DNA of 63,502 nucleotides, counting the filler, from Folioceros fuciformis (lineage: Eukaryota), in the NCBI GenBank assembly GCA_049999805.1. It is 18 parts of 18 records of this genome, joined end to end, with 100 filler letters (N's around TTAATTAATTAA, not from the genome) between each part and the next. Parts side by side here need not be neighbours in the genome. Positions count along the whole stretch, not along the records: positions 43,519 to 53,638 come from JBNGIO010002840.1; positions 53,739 to 56,223 come from JBNGIO010002841.1; positions 56,324 to 60,965 come from JBNGIO010002842.1; 15 more parts are not named here. One strand, 5' to 3'. The notes beneath the pieces were generated by a model. That model worked only from the letters and a program-made list of their open reading frames with translations, did no database searches and was not told the origin of the DNA. This document shows, in pieces, positions 48,069-60,245 of this stretch (within the stretch, counting starts at the first letter, position 1; the number at the start of each line of letters is the position of its first letter). Position numbers and translations under genes: made by a program.

Positions 48069-51000
48069 ATGGATTCGCGTCCCAGGCTCTCTCAACGCCT
48101 TGTCGCGCTGGCTGCCTTGGCCAGTTTTCTGGTGCTGCTGGTGCTGCCTCTGCCTGGGCCGGCGCGGGTGTATGCGCAGGAAGGTCAGCCCCTGGCTGTG
48201 TGCAAAGTGCTTGCGTTTGCTTTCCTTTTGCTTGCTTCTGCTTTGGCTCACACAGCTCTGGTTCTGCAGACAATGACGCTCCTACGGCGTCCATTTCTGC
48301 CGGTCCTCCCTTCACTGCTGCTGAGAGCTTCCAAGTGGATATCACTTTTAACAAGCCCTGCTATCAACCGGGCGCTGGCAACCAGACTGGTTTTCAGTGC
48401 AGTGACGCCGCGGCGTGTGATGTAAGTCTTGTCTTTTGCATGCCACTTCTGACAGTGCAGTCATCCAATCTCCAATTCAACTCACTCTTGCGTTTTCTGC
48501 TTTAGCTGCTGGTCTACGGTGATGGAGCTGTTCTTCCATCCTCTTTGAACGAAACCGAGCCTGGATTGAAGTATTCCTTGCAAGTCAATCTCTCTACAAT
48601 CAATCTGACAGGCAAAGTATCGCTGGCTATGCAAAAGGCCTTCTGCGTTGATTCTGCGGGAAGGCGTTTTCAAAGGACTGCAAACTCCACCGCCACCGTA
48701 CGCTTTGGTCTGTCTCCTTTTCTGTTGTTACTCACAGACTCCTCTTTCGCTCTTTTTTTGTTTTGTTTTGTTTTCTGTTTCTTGCCCCTCTTGTGTGGTT
48801 GTGAGCTTCTACTTTGGTGCTTGCTCCTAAGCACGGCTTATCTGCACCTGCAGATCGCACTCCTGTGACGGTCAATGTCTGGACTCCTATCGTTGGAGCT
48901 CAGTTGCAAATCAACGATGAAGCCAGGACCGTGGAGGCTACTAACTCAACAGCTGATCTTCTCCTCTATCTTGACTTCAGTTCGCCAGTCCTTAACACTT
49001 CACTTGAAATTGGAAGTGCTCTCGTACCGGCGCACGCTACTCTCTCCCCAACTGGACGAAAAAGTAAAGGCAACCGGAGGTTTGCATTCAAGGTGAACAT
49101 GCACACTGGCGCAATTCTGCCGTCTGTTTCAAGCCTGTCCTGCGTTTTCCCCTTACTCCTGCCTATTTTTACTCCTCATCGATGTTGGTGGATTTTCAGA
49201 TACAAACCAACCACAGCACATCCGTGGTTTCGGTGGCCCTTCCTCCTAACACGGTCTATGGTAGATCAGGTTTGGCTGTTGAGCCAACGTCCGTGGCTTG
49301 TCTTTACGGTACGTGTTATGTGGACGAGACAAACACTTGTTTTGTGCATCTTTTGTGAGTGTTGTTCCTTCATACGGGGCCTCCAAGGGGCTGCACTTCC
49401 TCAGCTCTGAGGCTGCAATTGTCGGCAGATCCTGTGAGACCATCGGTCAAGCTTGTTACACAAAGTCCATCAAGGACAAGAGACCAACAAGTGACTATCT
49501 TTGTTCAGTTCAGTGAGCCTGTGTTTGGTTTCAACCGTTCTGGAGTAGGAATCACGGGAGGCACGATGACAAGGCAGGTGCAGGATTTGATGCCTTCATC
49601 GTTTGTTTGAAAGGTAGTACTGTGTAATGTTTTTCAATTTCTTCTGATGCGTTGTCTCTGCTTTGCAGCTTTGAGGAACAATCTAAACTCTCATACGCCT
49701 TGCAAATTTACGTGGCAGCAGACCGCGTTGTCTCTGTTGTGGTGGGAGAGAACAAAGCCGTCGATGTAGCCGGCAATGCTAATTTGGCTTCGAACACGGT
49801 ACAAGTTAGACACTGTGAGTACTATTTTCCTTTCAAGTGATCTAAACAGGGGATGTGCTTGTTGGATCGGACACTGCATGCTCTTCAGGTGTCATCACTT
49901 GGGTATCTTCTTTCGTATCTTTTCTGAATTTCGTAGGCAACTCCCTTGTTTATTCTGGTGTGCAGATACCACTCCAGCAGTCTCGGTAGCACTGTCGTCG
50001 TTCGTTACTGTTGGTCTACTTGCAACAGCAGTAGCTTCTGGGACCCTTGCTATCTCTTCAGCGACCCTTGCTGCTGCCGGTGCATTGGCTAGTAGGACAG
50101 CAGGATCTATCGGAGCTGATCCCTCACGAAACTTGCTGGTATGAATAATGCCTTCAGAAGTAACGAGATCAAGCTTTACCCTGACGCAAATTGTTAGTGG
50201 AGCACTCTGAACACAGCTGAAAGTCGTTATCTGTTCGAAACTTGTCCTGCTGTTAAACCGTGCATGCCACTATGATGGCCTCCTGAAGAATGGATATGTG
50301 ATGGCATTCTTGTGTGCAGGGGATGGCAAGCCACGTTCAGGTTTTAGCGCTTTCCAGCTATTTGGCAGTGAGTTTACCCATCAAATACAGTGAGACAGCT
50401 AGGGGACTTAGGTGGACCATCCCTAATGTGCGGCTTCCGTGGGAAGGAAGACATAGCGAGGTTATCACGCCAGTCGGAGGAACTCCATCTGTATCTCAAT
50501 TTATGAAGGTTCCCAGAATGTTGATGGCCGTGGGCAGGATAGACATAGATGGGGCGTGGTTGGGAAATAGGGGGAAAAGGAGGCTAGCTGTTGATGCAAT
50601 GCCTCTGAAATTGGGGGTTGAAGGTCACCGCTCTCGACAAGAGCGCAGGCTTGGAGCGAATGGTTCCATGTACGGTCCTGCTCTCAGTGCAACGGAGTAC
50701 GAAACCTTCTTCTTGGTGAGCTGCACGCGAAACTTCAATTGCTGTTCATTGGGTTTCATTTCGGACAGCAACTCATGAGGAATGGTATGTGGGCATGACT
50801 TATGGTTGCTGTTGGGCAGAACGGAAGCTTTGCCGGAGTCAGTCCAGTGGTGGTTTTGAGCAGTGTCAGCGGATACACTACCCATGGGTAAGCCAGCTAG
50901 CGCATTTCGATTTTGGCGGTGAGAGAGCTACCAGTGTTGAAAGCGTGTGGGCCGCTGTGATTTGCAGATGGTGGGGATTCGGAAGAAACCTGTTTTGGTT

Positions 51001-52585
51001 GGGTACCGTTGGAGGAGCCTTGGTCGTGCTTCACATGGTGCTGGTGGTGCTTCTGCGGTGGAGGACAAGAACGTCCCTAAGAGGATCCTTGTCGTTTCCC
51101 AGATTTGAGTTATTTTTGCTGATTTTGGCTATGCCTTGCGTGTGCCAAGCGTCAGCATTTGTGATCAGAGGTACGCGCTAGAGGCTTGTTGCCAGTGCAG
51201 ATTCTTGTGGTATTCATAAGTGCTAGGGATGCTGACTGGAGTGGGTTGCAGGAGGATCCGCTGGGGGCATTGTAGTCGGAGTGCTACTGTTGGCCGTACC
51301 CGTGTCGCTCTTCTTGTCAGTTGGCCTGTTTCTGGTAGTGGCTGTTTTCATGGGAGCCTTTGTTCAATACGAGGAGGTGAAAAGCGACGAGCGTGAGAAA
51401 GCTGTCCCTTTGCTTGGGAAGATTCTGAGATCCATAGCTGGCAAGAATGTTATCAGCAAGTGGGTCCGGCGGGAAGGTCTGGCCCCGACATTCCTCCCTC
51501 GCTACGGCTTGCTGTTCGAGGATCGCAAGGGACCCCCAAAGATCAAGACTCTGGAAAGTGGCGCAGCCCCGCCACGATGGGTTTACAGCGGCGTCAACGG
51601 AATTGGAAGAATGCGGGCCGTGGACACAAGCGACGAAAGCGAGGTAGCAAGCATCACCGACGGCGAGCAACTGCTGGGCTCATTGCGGTCTGCCTACCTA
51701 CTAGTGGACATGGCAAGACGGATTGGCCTCGGAGTGGTCTCCGGAGCGTACTACACCGGCCAGGGCCAGCAGTCATGGAGTCAGGTATGGGTATTGTGGA
51801 GCGCCACACTGCTACAGCTCGTATACCTGGTGGTATGCAAGCCCTTCGTCCGACGCGGAGTGCAGCTAGTGGAAACAATTTCGGTGCTCTGCGAACTCGG
51901 CATCTTCACCGCCTCGCTGGTGCTCTTGGCGCGACATCGTCCTGCCGACGACGACTCGGGGCTGAGCGTCTTCATGATGGCTCTACTCCTCCTCAGCTTC
52001 GTCGCTCAGCTGGTGAACGAATGGTATGCCTTGATGAATCAGCTGCTGAAGCTGGCGCCCACGGAAGACACGTCCCTGAAGCTGGGGTTGAAGATGCTGG
52101 CGAAGGGGCTGCTGCTGCCTCTGCTGCCGCGAAGCCGCTGGTGCTCCTACATCTCTCCTCAGATTCTGCAACCTAAGTCAATTGGGGTGGGAACTGCAAT
52201 CCCCCCCCAATCCAGCCCCGAGCCTTTACCCAGCAGCAGCCCGGGACCCGCGATGGATGAGTCGCCGGCGGCCCCAGTGCGAAGGACGTCGCCGTCTAGA
52301 TACGCACCGGGGTCGCCGGTCTTCATTGACCCCCGCGCCGTCGTGTCGATAGACGTGGATGACGCAGAGGCGGGTGAAATCAGAGCTGCGGAGGCAACCC
52401 CTCCACCGGAGAACCGTTCGCGGAAGGCTAAATCCAGGCGTAGGTTGAAATCCAAGTCTGCCTCGGAGGAGTCTTCCATCGCCTTGGAACAGTTGATGGA
52501 TGCTCTGGACATGGAGGCTAGTCCCAAGCTCGCTGGCTTTCGTACGCCTCCCGAACCTACCGGCTCCGCCCCTGCCCTATTCTAG
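48069..52585 (+). CDS. Conserved plant membrane protein with signal peptide, Ig-like ectodomain and multi-TM domain (AT3G48200-like, from recall). Exons 48069-48183, 48270-48421, 48506-48707, 48854-49092, 49200-49308, 49429-49573, 49669-49814, 49966-50138, 50320-50715, 50820-50887, 50968-51170, 51252-52585; ~1093 aa
   Basis: Phase-consistent model of 3282 nt; motifs CDLLVYG, GNRRFAF, FSEPVFGFN, DVAGNANLASN, DPSRNL, FPRFELFL, PRYGLLFEDRKGPP. Confidence 0.88.
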
Positions 52586-52973
52586 TCTTGTAGACTGTCA
52601 TTCTTGCTCCAGTGGAGCTGTGAAAAGCCGCAAATTTTGGATGCCCTCTACCTGTTGAGTCCCTCGTAGTCAAGCGGGGTTTAAAACACAATGCCACACT
52701 TGCACCTTCAACCCACTAGAACCCCCCGTGAGACCTTTGGACTTGATTTGAAGCAAATTATAAAACTTTTGTAGATGATGGCATGTACACCAGCCCTGTA
52801 CATTGGCGCCTTCGTGGAATATATCAATCTTGTGTTGGAGTTGGTTTTGTTTGGATGTAGGATATGTTAGAGTATTATGTGCTTACTATTATACATCAAT
52901 ATTTTCTATGTTTGAAATATTTTCTATGTTTAAAAAAGAGATGCAAAGTCTCATCTACTCCAAAGATGGGAGG

Positions 52974-53151
52974 AACAACCCCATTAGGGCCAAAGGCAAA
53001 ACAACCCCATGAAGGCCAAAGGCAAAACAACCCCATGAGGGCCAAAGGCAAAACAACCCCATGAAGGCCAAAGGCAAAACAACCCCATGAGGGCCAAAGG
53101 CAAAACAACCCCATTAGGGCCAAAGGCAAAACAACCCCATTAGGGCCAAAG
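52974..53151. repeat. 26-bp tandem repeat, ~7 copies
   Basis: acaaccccat(t/g)a(g/a)ggccaaaggcaaa. Confidence 0.95.
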
Positions 53152-53242
53152 GTAAAAAGAAGTACTCTCCCCTGCGAATATCATTTCCAAAAACTACCTA
53201 CTACTCCCAAAATGTCATGATGTGGAATAACAAAAGACCTAC

Positions 53243-53638
53243 CTACCACCGATGCCGAAGAAGCCGCTTGACCTGCACTTGTTGCTCACTTGTTGCTGTT
53301 CTAAAAACTGCATTGGCCAATGCTCATTGCAAAGCAATGGATACACGTTGTTGAAAGAAGGCCACCACAGAGGAAAGAGGGAGAACACCATTCCTATTGC
53401 TTTGATAAACCTTGGCCCACTCCTTGATAAACCTTGAAAAGTCCTTGCCCATAGCTCCATGAGTCTCAAGAGCAAGGGGGATGAAAGTATGCCTGTCTTG
53501 CAAGGGAGAATACTTATGTTATGGACTTTGGCACTTGCACAACCCTCTCCCGTCCAACCAGGGGGGTTGATGATGACGTGCTCACAAATCGAATCCCTAG
53601 CGGAATCCGTAACAACCACATCAGCAACACAAACCTGT
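53243..53638 (-). mobile_element. 3' end (restriction-like endonuclease domain) of a CRE-like non-LTR retrotransposon, degenerate
   Basis: ADVVVTD...AK.HKY...FIPLALETHGAMG...FFQQRVSIALQ*ALANAV after removing a 5-bp duplication. Confidence 0.75.
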
Positions 53639-53738
53639 NNNNNNNNNNNNNNNNNNNNNNNNNNNNNNNNNNNNNNNNNNNNTTAATTAATTAANNNNNN
53701 NNNNNNNNNNNNNNNNNNNNNNNNNNNNNNNNNNNNNN

Positions 53739-53934
53739 GCCTCTGCCTCTGCCTCTGCCTCTGCCTCTGCCTCTGCCTCTGCCTCTGCCTCTGCCTCTGC
53801 CTCTGCCTCTGCCTCTGCCTCTGCCTCTGCCTCTGCCTCTGCCTCTGCCTCTGCCTCTGCCTCTGCCTCTGCCTCTGCCTCTGCCTCGGCCTCTGCCTCT
53901 GCCTCGGCCTCCGCCTCCACCTCCACCTCCACCC
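53739..53934. repeat. (GCCTCT)n microsatellite, read as (AE)n in a minus-strand ORF starting at ATG 54046
   Basis: At least 24 perfect units grading into GCCTCC/ACCTCC. Confidence 0.97.
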
Positions 53935-55327
53935 CTACCAATTCCATGTTGGTATCATTCAATTGGTTGGCCAGCACGTCTTGAAAGCCAGGGACGATAT
54001 CAGAGTATGTAGGCGATCGCGAGCCTGGACTATGGTCGTCCGCCATCACGTATTGAGAACTTTGCCGTTGTAATTCCGGATCCTTCTCACCTGCCCCTAC
54101 CTCTTGCACTGAATGCCGGCGCTGTAGGGCAGGCGTGCCAAGCCGCAGGCAGACGATCGTAGTAGACACGAGATATGAAAAACATATAGCGATCCAAACA
54201 AAGTTAACGGTGCCTCCGTCCCTGGTAGCAATATGATGGCAGGTAGAACAAGGTTTTGGGATCTTTGGTTCATCCCCGAATTCTTCGATTATTCATCACA
54301 GGTTGCATGGAGGCCATCTGGTCCTGAGTCCGCTCGAACGTGTAAAGTCTGCGCCACAGTGGAATGATGAGATAAAACCTGCACAGGAAGGACAAAGAGA
54401 TCTATCTGCAGGATCGACGATATCACAATGTGAAGCCTCGAGAGACCAGCTCCAGCGCAGGTGAGCGAGTCGGTGGAAGAGATGATGAACGTTTCCTGCT
54501 CCGCGTATATTCGGGCAAGCAGGCTGAAATTTAAACCCCGATTGAAATCACGTGTCGATACAAATCACGTTCATAATTCTGATTTGACGAGACGCTTCCG
54601 CTTCTAGTTTGAACTCAATGCTCGCGAAGAATCTCTCCGGACTGTTCCTTCACAAGCCAACCTTCCTTCAACGTTCAAAAGGCATTTAGTATTAGTTTAG
54701 TGTCTTGTCTACATTGGGCTCGAATTTTTGCCGTTCCAGGCCGCCCAGACGTGACCATTGCAGGTAACACGCTGCCTGACATGAACTCAACGTTGCTGTT
54801 CACTTGAGCCTATGAACGGACATTATTTCCGCAGCCAGTCTGCCACTCCGGTATCTTCATAGTCAGTCCCTACCATCCTGAATCAGAACATTCTTAGCGT
54901 AAAGCCGGTGTGTGTGCTTCCTGAGTTCGGGCCTATCTTGGGGGTCTCGTCTTCGACTTTCCCGAGATTCATCATCAAGACCTTAGTGGCCTCGTTCAAC
55001 TGTAAGGTGATGCAGCCTGAGGGGATGCGCCTCTCATGCTGCAGCACCTTGGATAATGGGAGGGTGAAGTCGAGTAAGGCTGATTTCCGCAAGACTCTGA
55101 GAAAAAGAAATCATGTGTTCGTGGGCCACTTCATCTAGGAGGTACAGTAACCTGCAACCTCGTCACGTTCTCACGCATTCAGAATTTGGTGGTTTGCAAA
55201 TAGATAACACGGGGTCCGCCAACCTCAAGACTCTAAATCCTGCACGCTCGGTGCGATCGATTCACGGTCATCCATGGCCTCCTTGTTATACGCTTGCAGT
55301 CCTTCGGTGAGAATATGTCAGCTACCG

Positions 55328-55865
55328 CTGGTAGCATCAATGTGGGGACAAACACATCCATGCTTGTGGCCGAGAAGTGGTAGAAAGGGACATACGAGAG
55401 CTTGACACCAGGCACCCTAAAGTAGGCACAATGCGTAAATTGCATCCGCACTGGACTTTGGATTTCAACTATGCAAAGGCCACAGGCCCGCCCATCTTGT
55501 CTCAAATGGCTCACAAGCTGCGCTCAGACTCGACTCGTTGTGTGCAGAGTTGCAACTAGACACACTGGCGATAGATCTAATATTCCCCGGCATCTCTGGT
55601 AGCATCAATGTGGGGACAAACACATCCATGCTTGTGGCCGAGAAGTGGTAGAAAGGGACATGCGAGAGCTTGACACCAGGCACCCTAAAGTAGGCACAAT
55701 GCATAAACTGCATCCGCACTGGACTTTGGATTTCAACTATGCAAAGGCCACGGGCCCGCCCATCTTGTCTCAAATTGCTCACAAGCTGCGCTCAGACTCG
55801 ACTCGTTGTGTGCAGAGTTGCAACTAGACACACTGGCGATAGATCTAATATTTCCCGGCATCTCT
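55328..55865. repeat. 268-bp near-perfect tandem duplication immediately 3' of the DUF26 gene
   Basis: ctggtagcatcaatgtggggac at 55328 and 55596. Confidence 0.95.
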
Positions 55866-55900
55866 AGCAGCCACCCCTCCCGGAAGCTCGAGATGGTTTC

Positions 55901-56223
55901 CTAGTAGAAATTGTAGGTCTCGTAGCGGATGAAGCAGTCGGTAAACTGCACTCTGGCTCCAACAGCCTTTCCGCAAATTTCCCCGATGTCCGAGCGGAGA
56001 GCCTTGAGACAGGCGCTGCACTCAGACTGGGTGAGTTTCTGGTTGCAGATTCCTTGGGCGTAGGCTGTGTCACCACCCCTGCCGTGCTGGTATTGTGTAC
56101 GGTAGATGTAGCCGCTGTAGGCTGTGTTCTCGTCCAAGTCCGAGAGCGCGGCATCTACTCCGGCCCAGAGGTGAGAGCCGTCACGAATTTTCTCCGTATT
56201 GCACAGCCCCGACACCAGTGTGG
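55901..56223 (-). CDS. DUF26/Gnk2-homologous cysteine-rich protein (ginkbilobin-2-like), 5' end cut by linker
   Basis: LCN...AYAQGIC-X8-C-X2-CL...CGKAVGARV..TDCFIRYETYNF*; stop directly after the domain, no TM or kinase. Confidence 0.93.
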
Positions 56224-56323
56224 NNNNNNNNNNNNNNNNNNNNNNNNNNNNNNNNNNNNNNNNNNNNTTAATTAATTAANNNNNNNNNNNNNNNNNNNNN
56301 NNNNNNNNNNNNNNNNNNNNNNN

Positions 56324-59300
56324 TAGGGGAACCCTTCTAAAAATCTCTTCCCATCCCGGGAAGGGTTCCTTTTCCTAAACGTGCCCTAATTCAGCCACCA
56401 CCTCAGCTGGGGCTGTTTCCATTTATGGCACCGTCTCCTGAGGTGCCTCCTGCTCCCTCTCAGTTCGCTCTTGGACAACCTCTCACTGCGCTGTTTGACT
56501 CGCTCCCTTGGCGACCTGCCCACCAGCTTTCCTCCTCTTGGCAGGAGTCCTCCGACATGTTCCCACCTTCCTCTTCTTGTTGGTTGGGGTTTCCTTGGAG
56601 CTCTTTGTGCCGCCCACTCCCAGCTGCTAGAATCAGCTTCCTTCGGCTCCACTTGTTTCCACTTCAACTCCCTGAGTGGCTTCCACATATGCATCGAAGC
56701 AATAACCTCAACCTCAGGTAGAAGGTTAGCATAACAATATATGTGAACTAGAAATGGGGAAATCATCGACAGTTGAGGAGAGGCTGAGGCCAGGTTCTGC
56801 CTCTCTTCACTCATCCTGTCATACAGGATCCTGCCCCAATCTACCCGACTACCCTTAACTACCTCGTGCACAAATAGGAGCATATGATCGGAGAGGTGGT
56901 CTTGCTGCCGAATCTACAGGAAGCATAGGAGCCACCTCGCCAGCCCCATCAGCTGGGCAATCGCCAGATCCCTCGCCAACCACTTGTTGGCTTCCCTTCC
57001 AACTCCGGCCTTGAACTGCGCCGCCGCGGCCGCTGCAATGCAGCGTTTCTTCAGGGACTCAAGGACAAGTTCTCCTTCCTTCTCCTAGTTGCGCCCATAC
57101 ACCTGCCGCACCAACTCTAAATTCCAGTCCAGTGGCCTGCCTTGGACTCCTTCCTCCCTGGCCGGGCTCCTCAATCGTTGGGCGCACTCCTGCACCAAGC
57201 TAGGAGTTGCGTGGTTCCAGCGCTGGGCCATGAACCCGAGGCCTAGCTCCTCCACTAGCCCTCCGGCTCTGACCCGCCAATGCTCCATATTCGGCCAGAA
57301 GGCCACCTCCACCCTCGGCACAGGAGCTTGCTCCTGCTCCCTGGCCGCTTTCGCTAACGCCAACTGTGCAACGACTTTGTCCCATTTCATCCTGCTCTGT
57401 CTTCTCCTTGCTCCGCTTACCTCCGAGGATTCGGTTGTCCGCTGCGCCACTTCTGCCTCGCTCACCCGTTGCTGCGCCTGCTTGCTCCCCGCCGAGGTTG
57501 CGCTCCTGCTCTACTGCTGCTTCCGCTCCCCAACCTCCTAGTTGCGCTCCTGTTCAAATCGTGATTGGACCCTTCTAACTTACTTAGGGTTTTATACTGG
57601 TCGGATCGTCCTCGTTCCGCTACCGCCCGCAACACTAGCATTGGTTGGCCTTCCGCGACGATGGTTCAACTTTCACCACCGTTGCTGAGTCACGACATCC
57701 CTGTTTTCTAGCCTAATTCCATACCCTACCTACTCCAAGGACCATTTCTTATTTCTAATATTTAGGGGGGGGGGTGCATATATAGGCCCCCTGGTGACCC
57801 CTCCACTACCAAAGGCCAAGGACTACCCAGCCACGCCGCACACTTGGTCCGACCATCGGTTCGCCCAAAACCTCATGGACCAAGGAGACCTTGGGTATGA
57901 ATACCCCGGTCTTATTCTCAACCTAGGCCATTTTCCTCGCACTATCACAAAAAAAAAAATCAAAGTCCACACAATCGAGCACTAAAAAAGGGGTTCATGC
58001 ATTTTTTTTTCCTCTACACTGAACGAAGTCGAAGTGTCTCCTAAAGCTTCAAACGTGCTGGAGAAAACAGTTTGCCCCTTTTTGCCTTGCTTGTCCGGCA
58101 CTTCCTTCCTGGCTGGTTTGCTGGTCTCCTTGTTACCCTTAGATTTTCCACGAGTACGAACAGCCATGGCGGGCGCCTCCTCATAGTATTCTCCATCCAA
58201 GCTCCCTAAGCCTTCCACTTCCCTGAGTATGCTAGCCTCAGCGTCCTCCCATACTGCCATGAGTGCGTCCTCCACCTATGCGGCAGGTGCTGCGTTTGTC
58301 CCAGATGGTTGGATCACCGTTGCTGGGGTTTGAGCGATCCTCACATGAGCAGAGAACACTTCCAACGACATGTCCCGTTGGGTGTTGAGCAGAGAACACT
58401 TCCAACGACATGTCCCGTTGGGTGTTGAGCAGAGAACACTTCCAACGACATGTCCCGTTTGCTTGCAGTCCATGCACAGCCTCTCATAGTCGTCGTTTCC
58501 CTGTCGCGTCGCTGAAGGACAACTGCTTGCGAAGTGGCTTATTCCCCAACAGTTGTAACACTGGATGATAGTCAACTGTCCAGAGCCACGTGGTTTTGCA
58601 TTCCCATGGTTGCAGTGTTTTGCAAATTCAGAGGATACGAAGTCTTTGGGATCCCATCATCGGCGTCGCTTCCTGGATTTGGTAAGTGTCTTCCAGGTAC
58701 ATCTCTTCCTCTCCCTCCTTGTAGTCCATCATTTGCACCTTCAGCTGTGGACAACTCACTCTCAAGTGCCCCTGTTGTTCGCAAGTCGAGCAGTAGAGGT
58801 TTGCTCTGCCTCCTGTCGCGACTCTTCGCCTCTCATGGTCCTTCACAGCATTGATGTGGAGTTTTTCCAGCTTGGCCAACATATCCTCCATTTTGTTTCC
58901 TTTCTGTTCCACCTTCTTAGCTGCCAACTCCAGCTCCTTTCTTGCTTGCTCAGCATCCCTTCTTGCGCTCACAACCTGCTTCGTCTTCACCAGCTCCTTG
59001 CTCTTGGGTTGGTGCTTTCGTTCCGACTCGGACTTCAGCAACTTTTTATTTTTCTTCCAACTCCGCTCATCGTCAGACGAATCCTCTTCAGAGCTGGGTA
59101 GATCCTCCGCAAACGAGCTGTCGGAGAAATCCTTAGAGAAGTTCTCCTCCTCCATCGAGTCATCTTCTGAGGACGAGGAATATTTTGTCTTTCTGCAAAC
59201 CTCTTGTCCAGAGGAACATCTTCTCCATAAACAAACGCAATTCAACACAACGTTGGATCATAGGATGATCCCTCACCAACCGATCTTTAGCCTTGAGTAG

Positions 59301-60245
59301 CTAATAAAACATAATGGCTTGACAGTAGCTCAACAAGAGCAGATGCTTCACCTCCAAATAGCTCAGGCCATCTTTGGTAGAAAGTCCACCTGATTGCACT
59401 CTTTTCAAGAGTCACTACCGTTTGCTCATCAAGGAGCAGTAGCAACACCGGAGCAACACTCATGCCTCCCTCCTCCTTTGACAACAAGTTGCCGTCTTCT
59501 CCGAGTTGTCGAATAAGGGGTTCCAACCCGCACCTACTACCAGCTTGTACACCCCAGACCCCTCCAGGGCGGCCCAACCGGGGTAGATGCTTCACACATG
59601 TGTGCCCGACGTGTCGAGAAGGCCGAGGTGGCTAGATTGGCAGTCGGGATGCATCTTGGACTCCTGCTCTAACCCCCCTCACCACGGGACCGCCCACACA
59701 CCATGACTCCACCGACATTGCGCGGGACACACTGGACCTGGACCGCTGGCAATACTCGCCACTCCAACTCCAGGTCCAACAGCGAGCCCAACACCTCGTC
59801 TGTGCCTGCGTACAACTGCTGGCACCTTGCCAGCGCTCATCTGGACAACCAGCCATCACCGCCATCCCCGCGAAAGCCTCCCCGGTTGTGATTGCTTGCC
59901 ACTCATTCCAGCTGTTGCACCCACTCTACCCAATTTTGGCTCACCATCGTTGTACATTGCTAGCAGCACGCTCCTAGGGAACCCTCGACTCGCCTTCACA
60001 CACAGAGATCTAAGGTTCCAGGCACATTAGTACCCCCGACCCAAAGGAACAACCCAGCCTGGTACTTGCTCTTTCCATCGGTTAGCAAATCGGCTGTTCA
60101 CTTTTTGAACACAATCACTACCTAGCTCCTGACCGACCTACCTTGCCTAATTTCCTAACTACTTCCTCATAGAGATCAACCAAAACTCAAAAAAAACAAA
60201 CACTACCATTTTTCCAGGGGATCCATTCACCATGTGGACTCCACA
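56324..60245 (-). mobile_element. Non-autonomous Ty3/gypsy-like element: LTR remnant and PBS (~60220-60245), degenerate gag with three zinc knuckles (~59400-57982), no pol, extra 3' ORF (~57465-56386)
   Basis: CSTCEQQGHLRVSC, CYNCWGISHFASSC, CMDCKQTGH; AVRTRGK linker; 3' ORF with VDWGRILYDRM...ISPFLVHIY. Confidence 0.65.

Noticed and set aside
51317-52527. Antisense and alternative-frame ORFs over the last exon (likewise over CYP710 and SEU)
   Set aside because: Shadows of GC-rich coding sequence with no independent evidence
35437-56223. CYP710, DUF26 and membrane gene as a defence or biosynthetic cluster
   Set aside because: They are on separate contigs joined by artificial linkers
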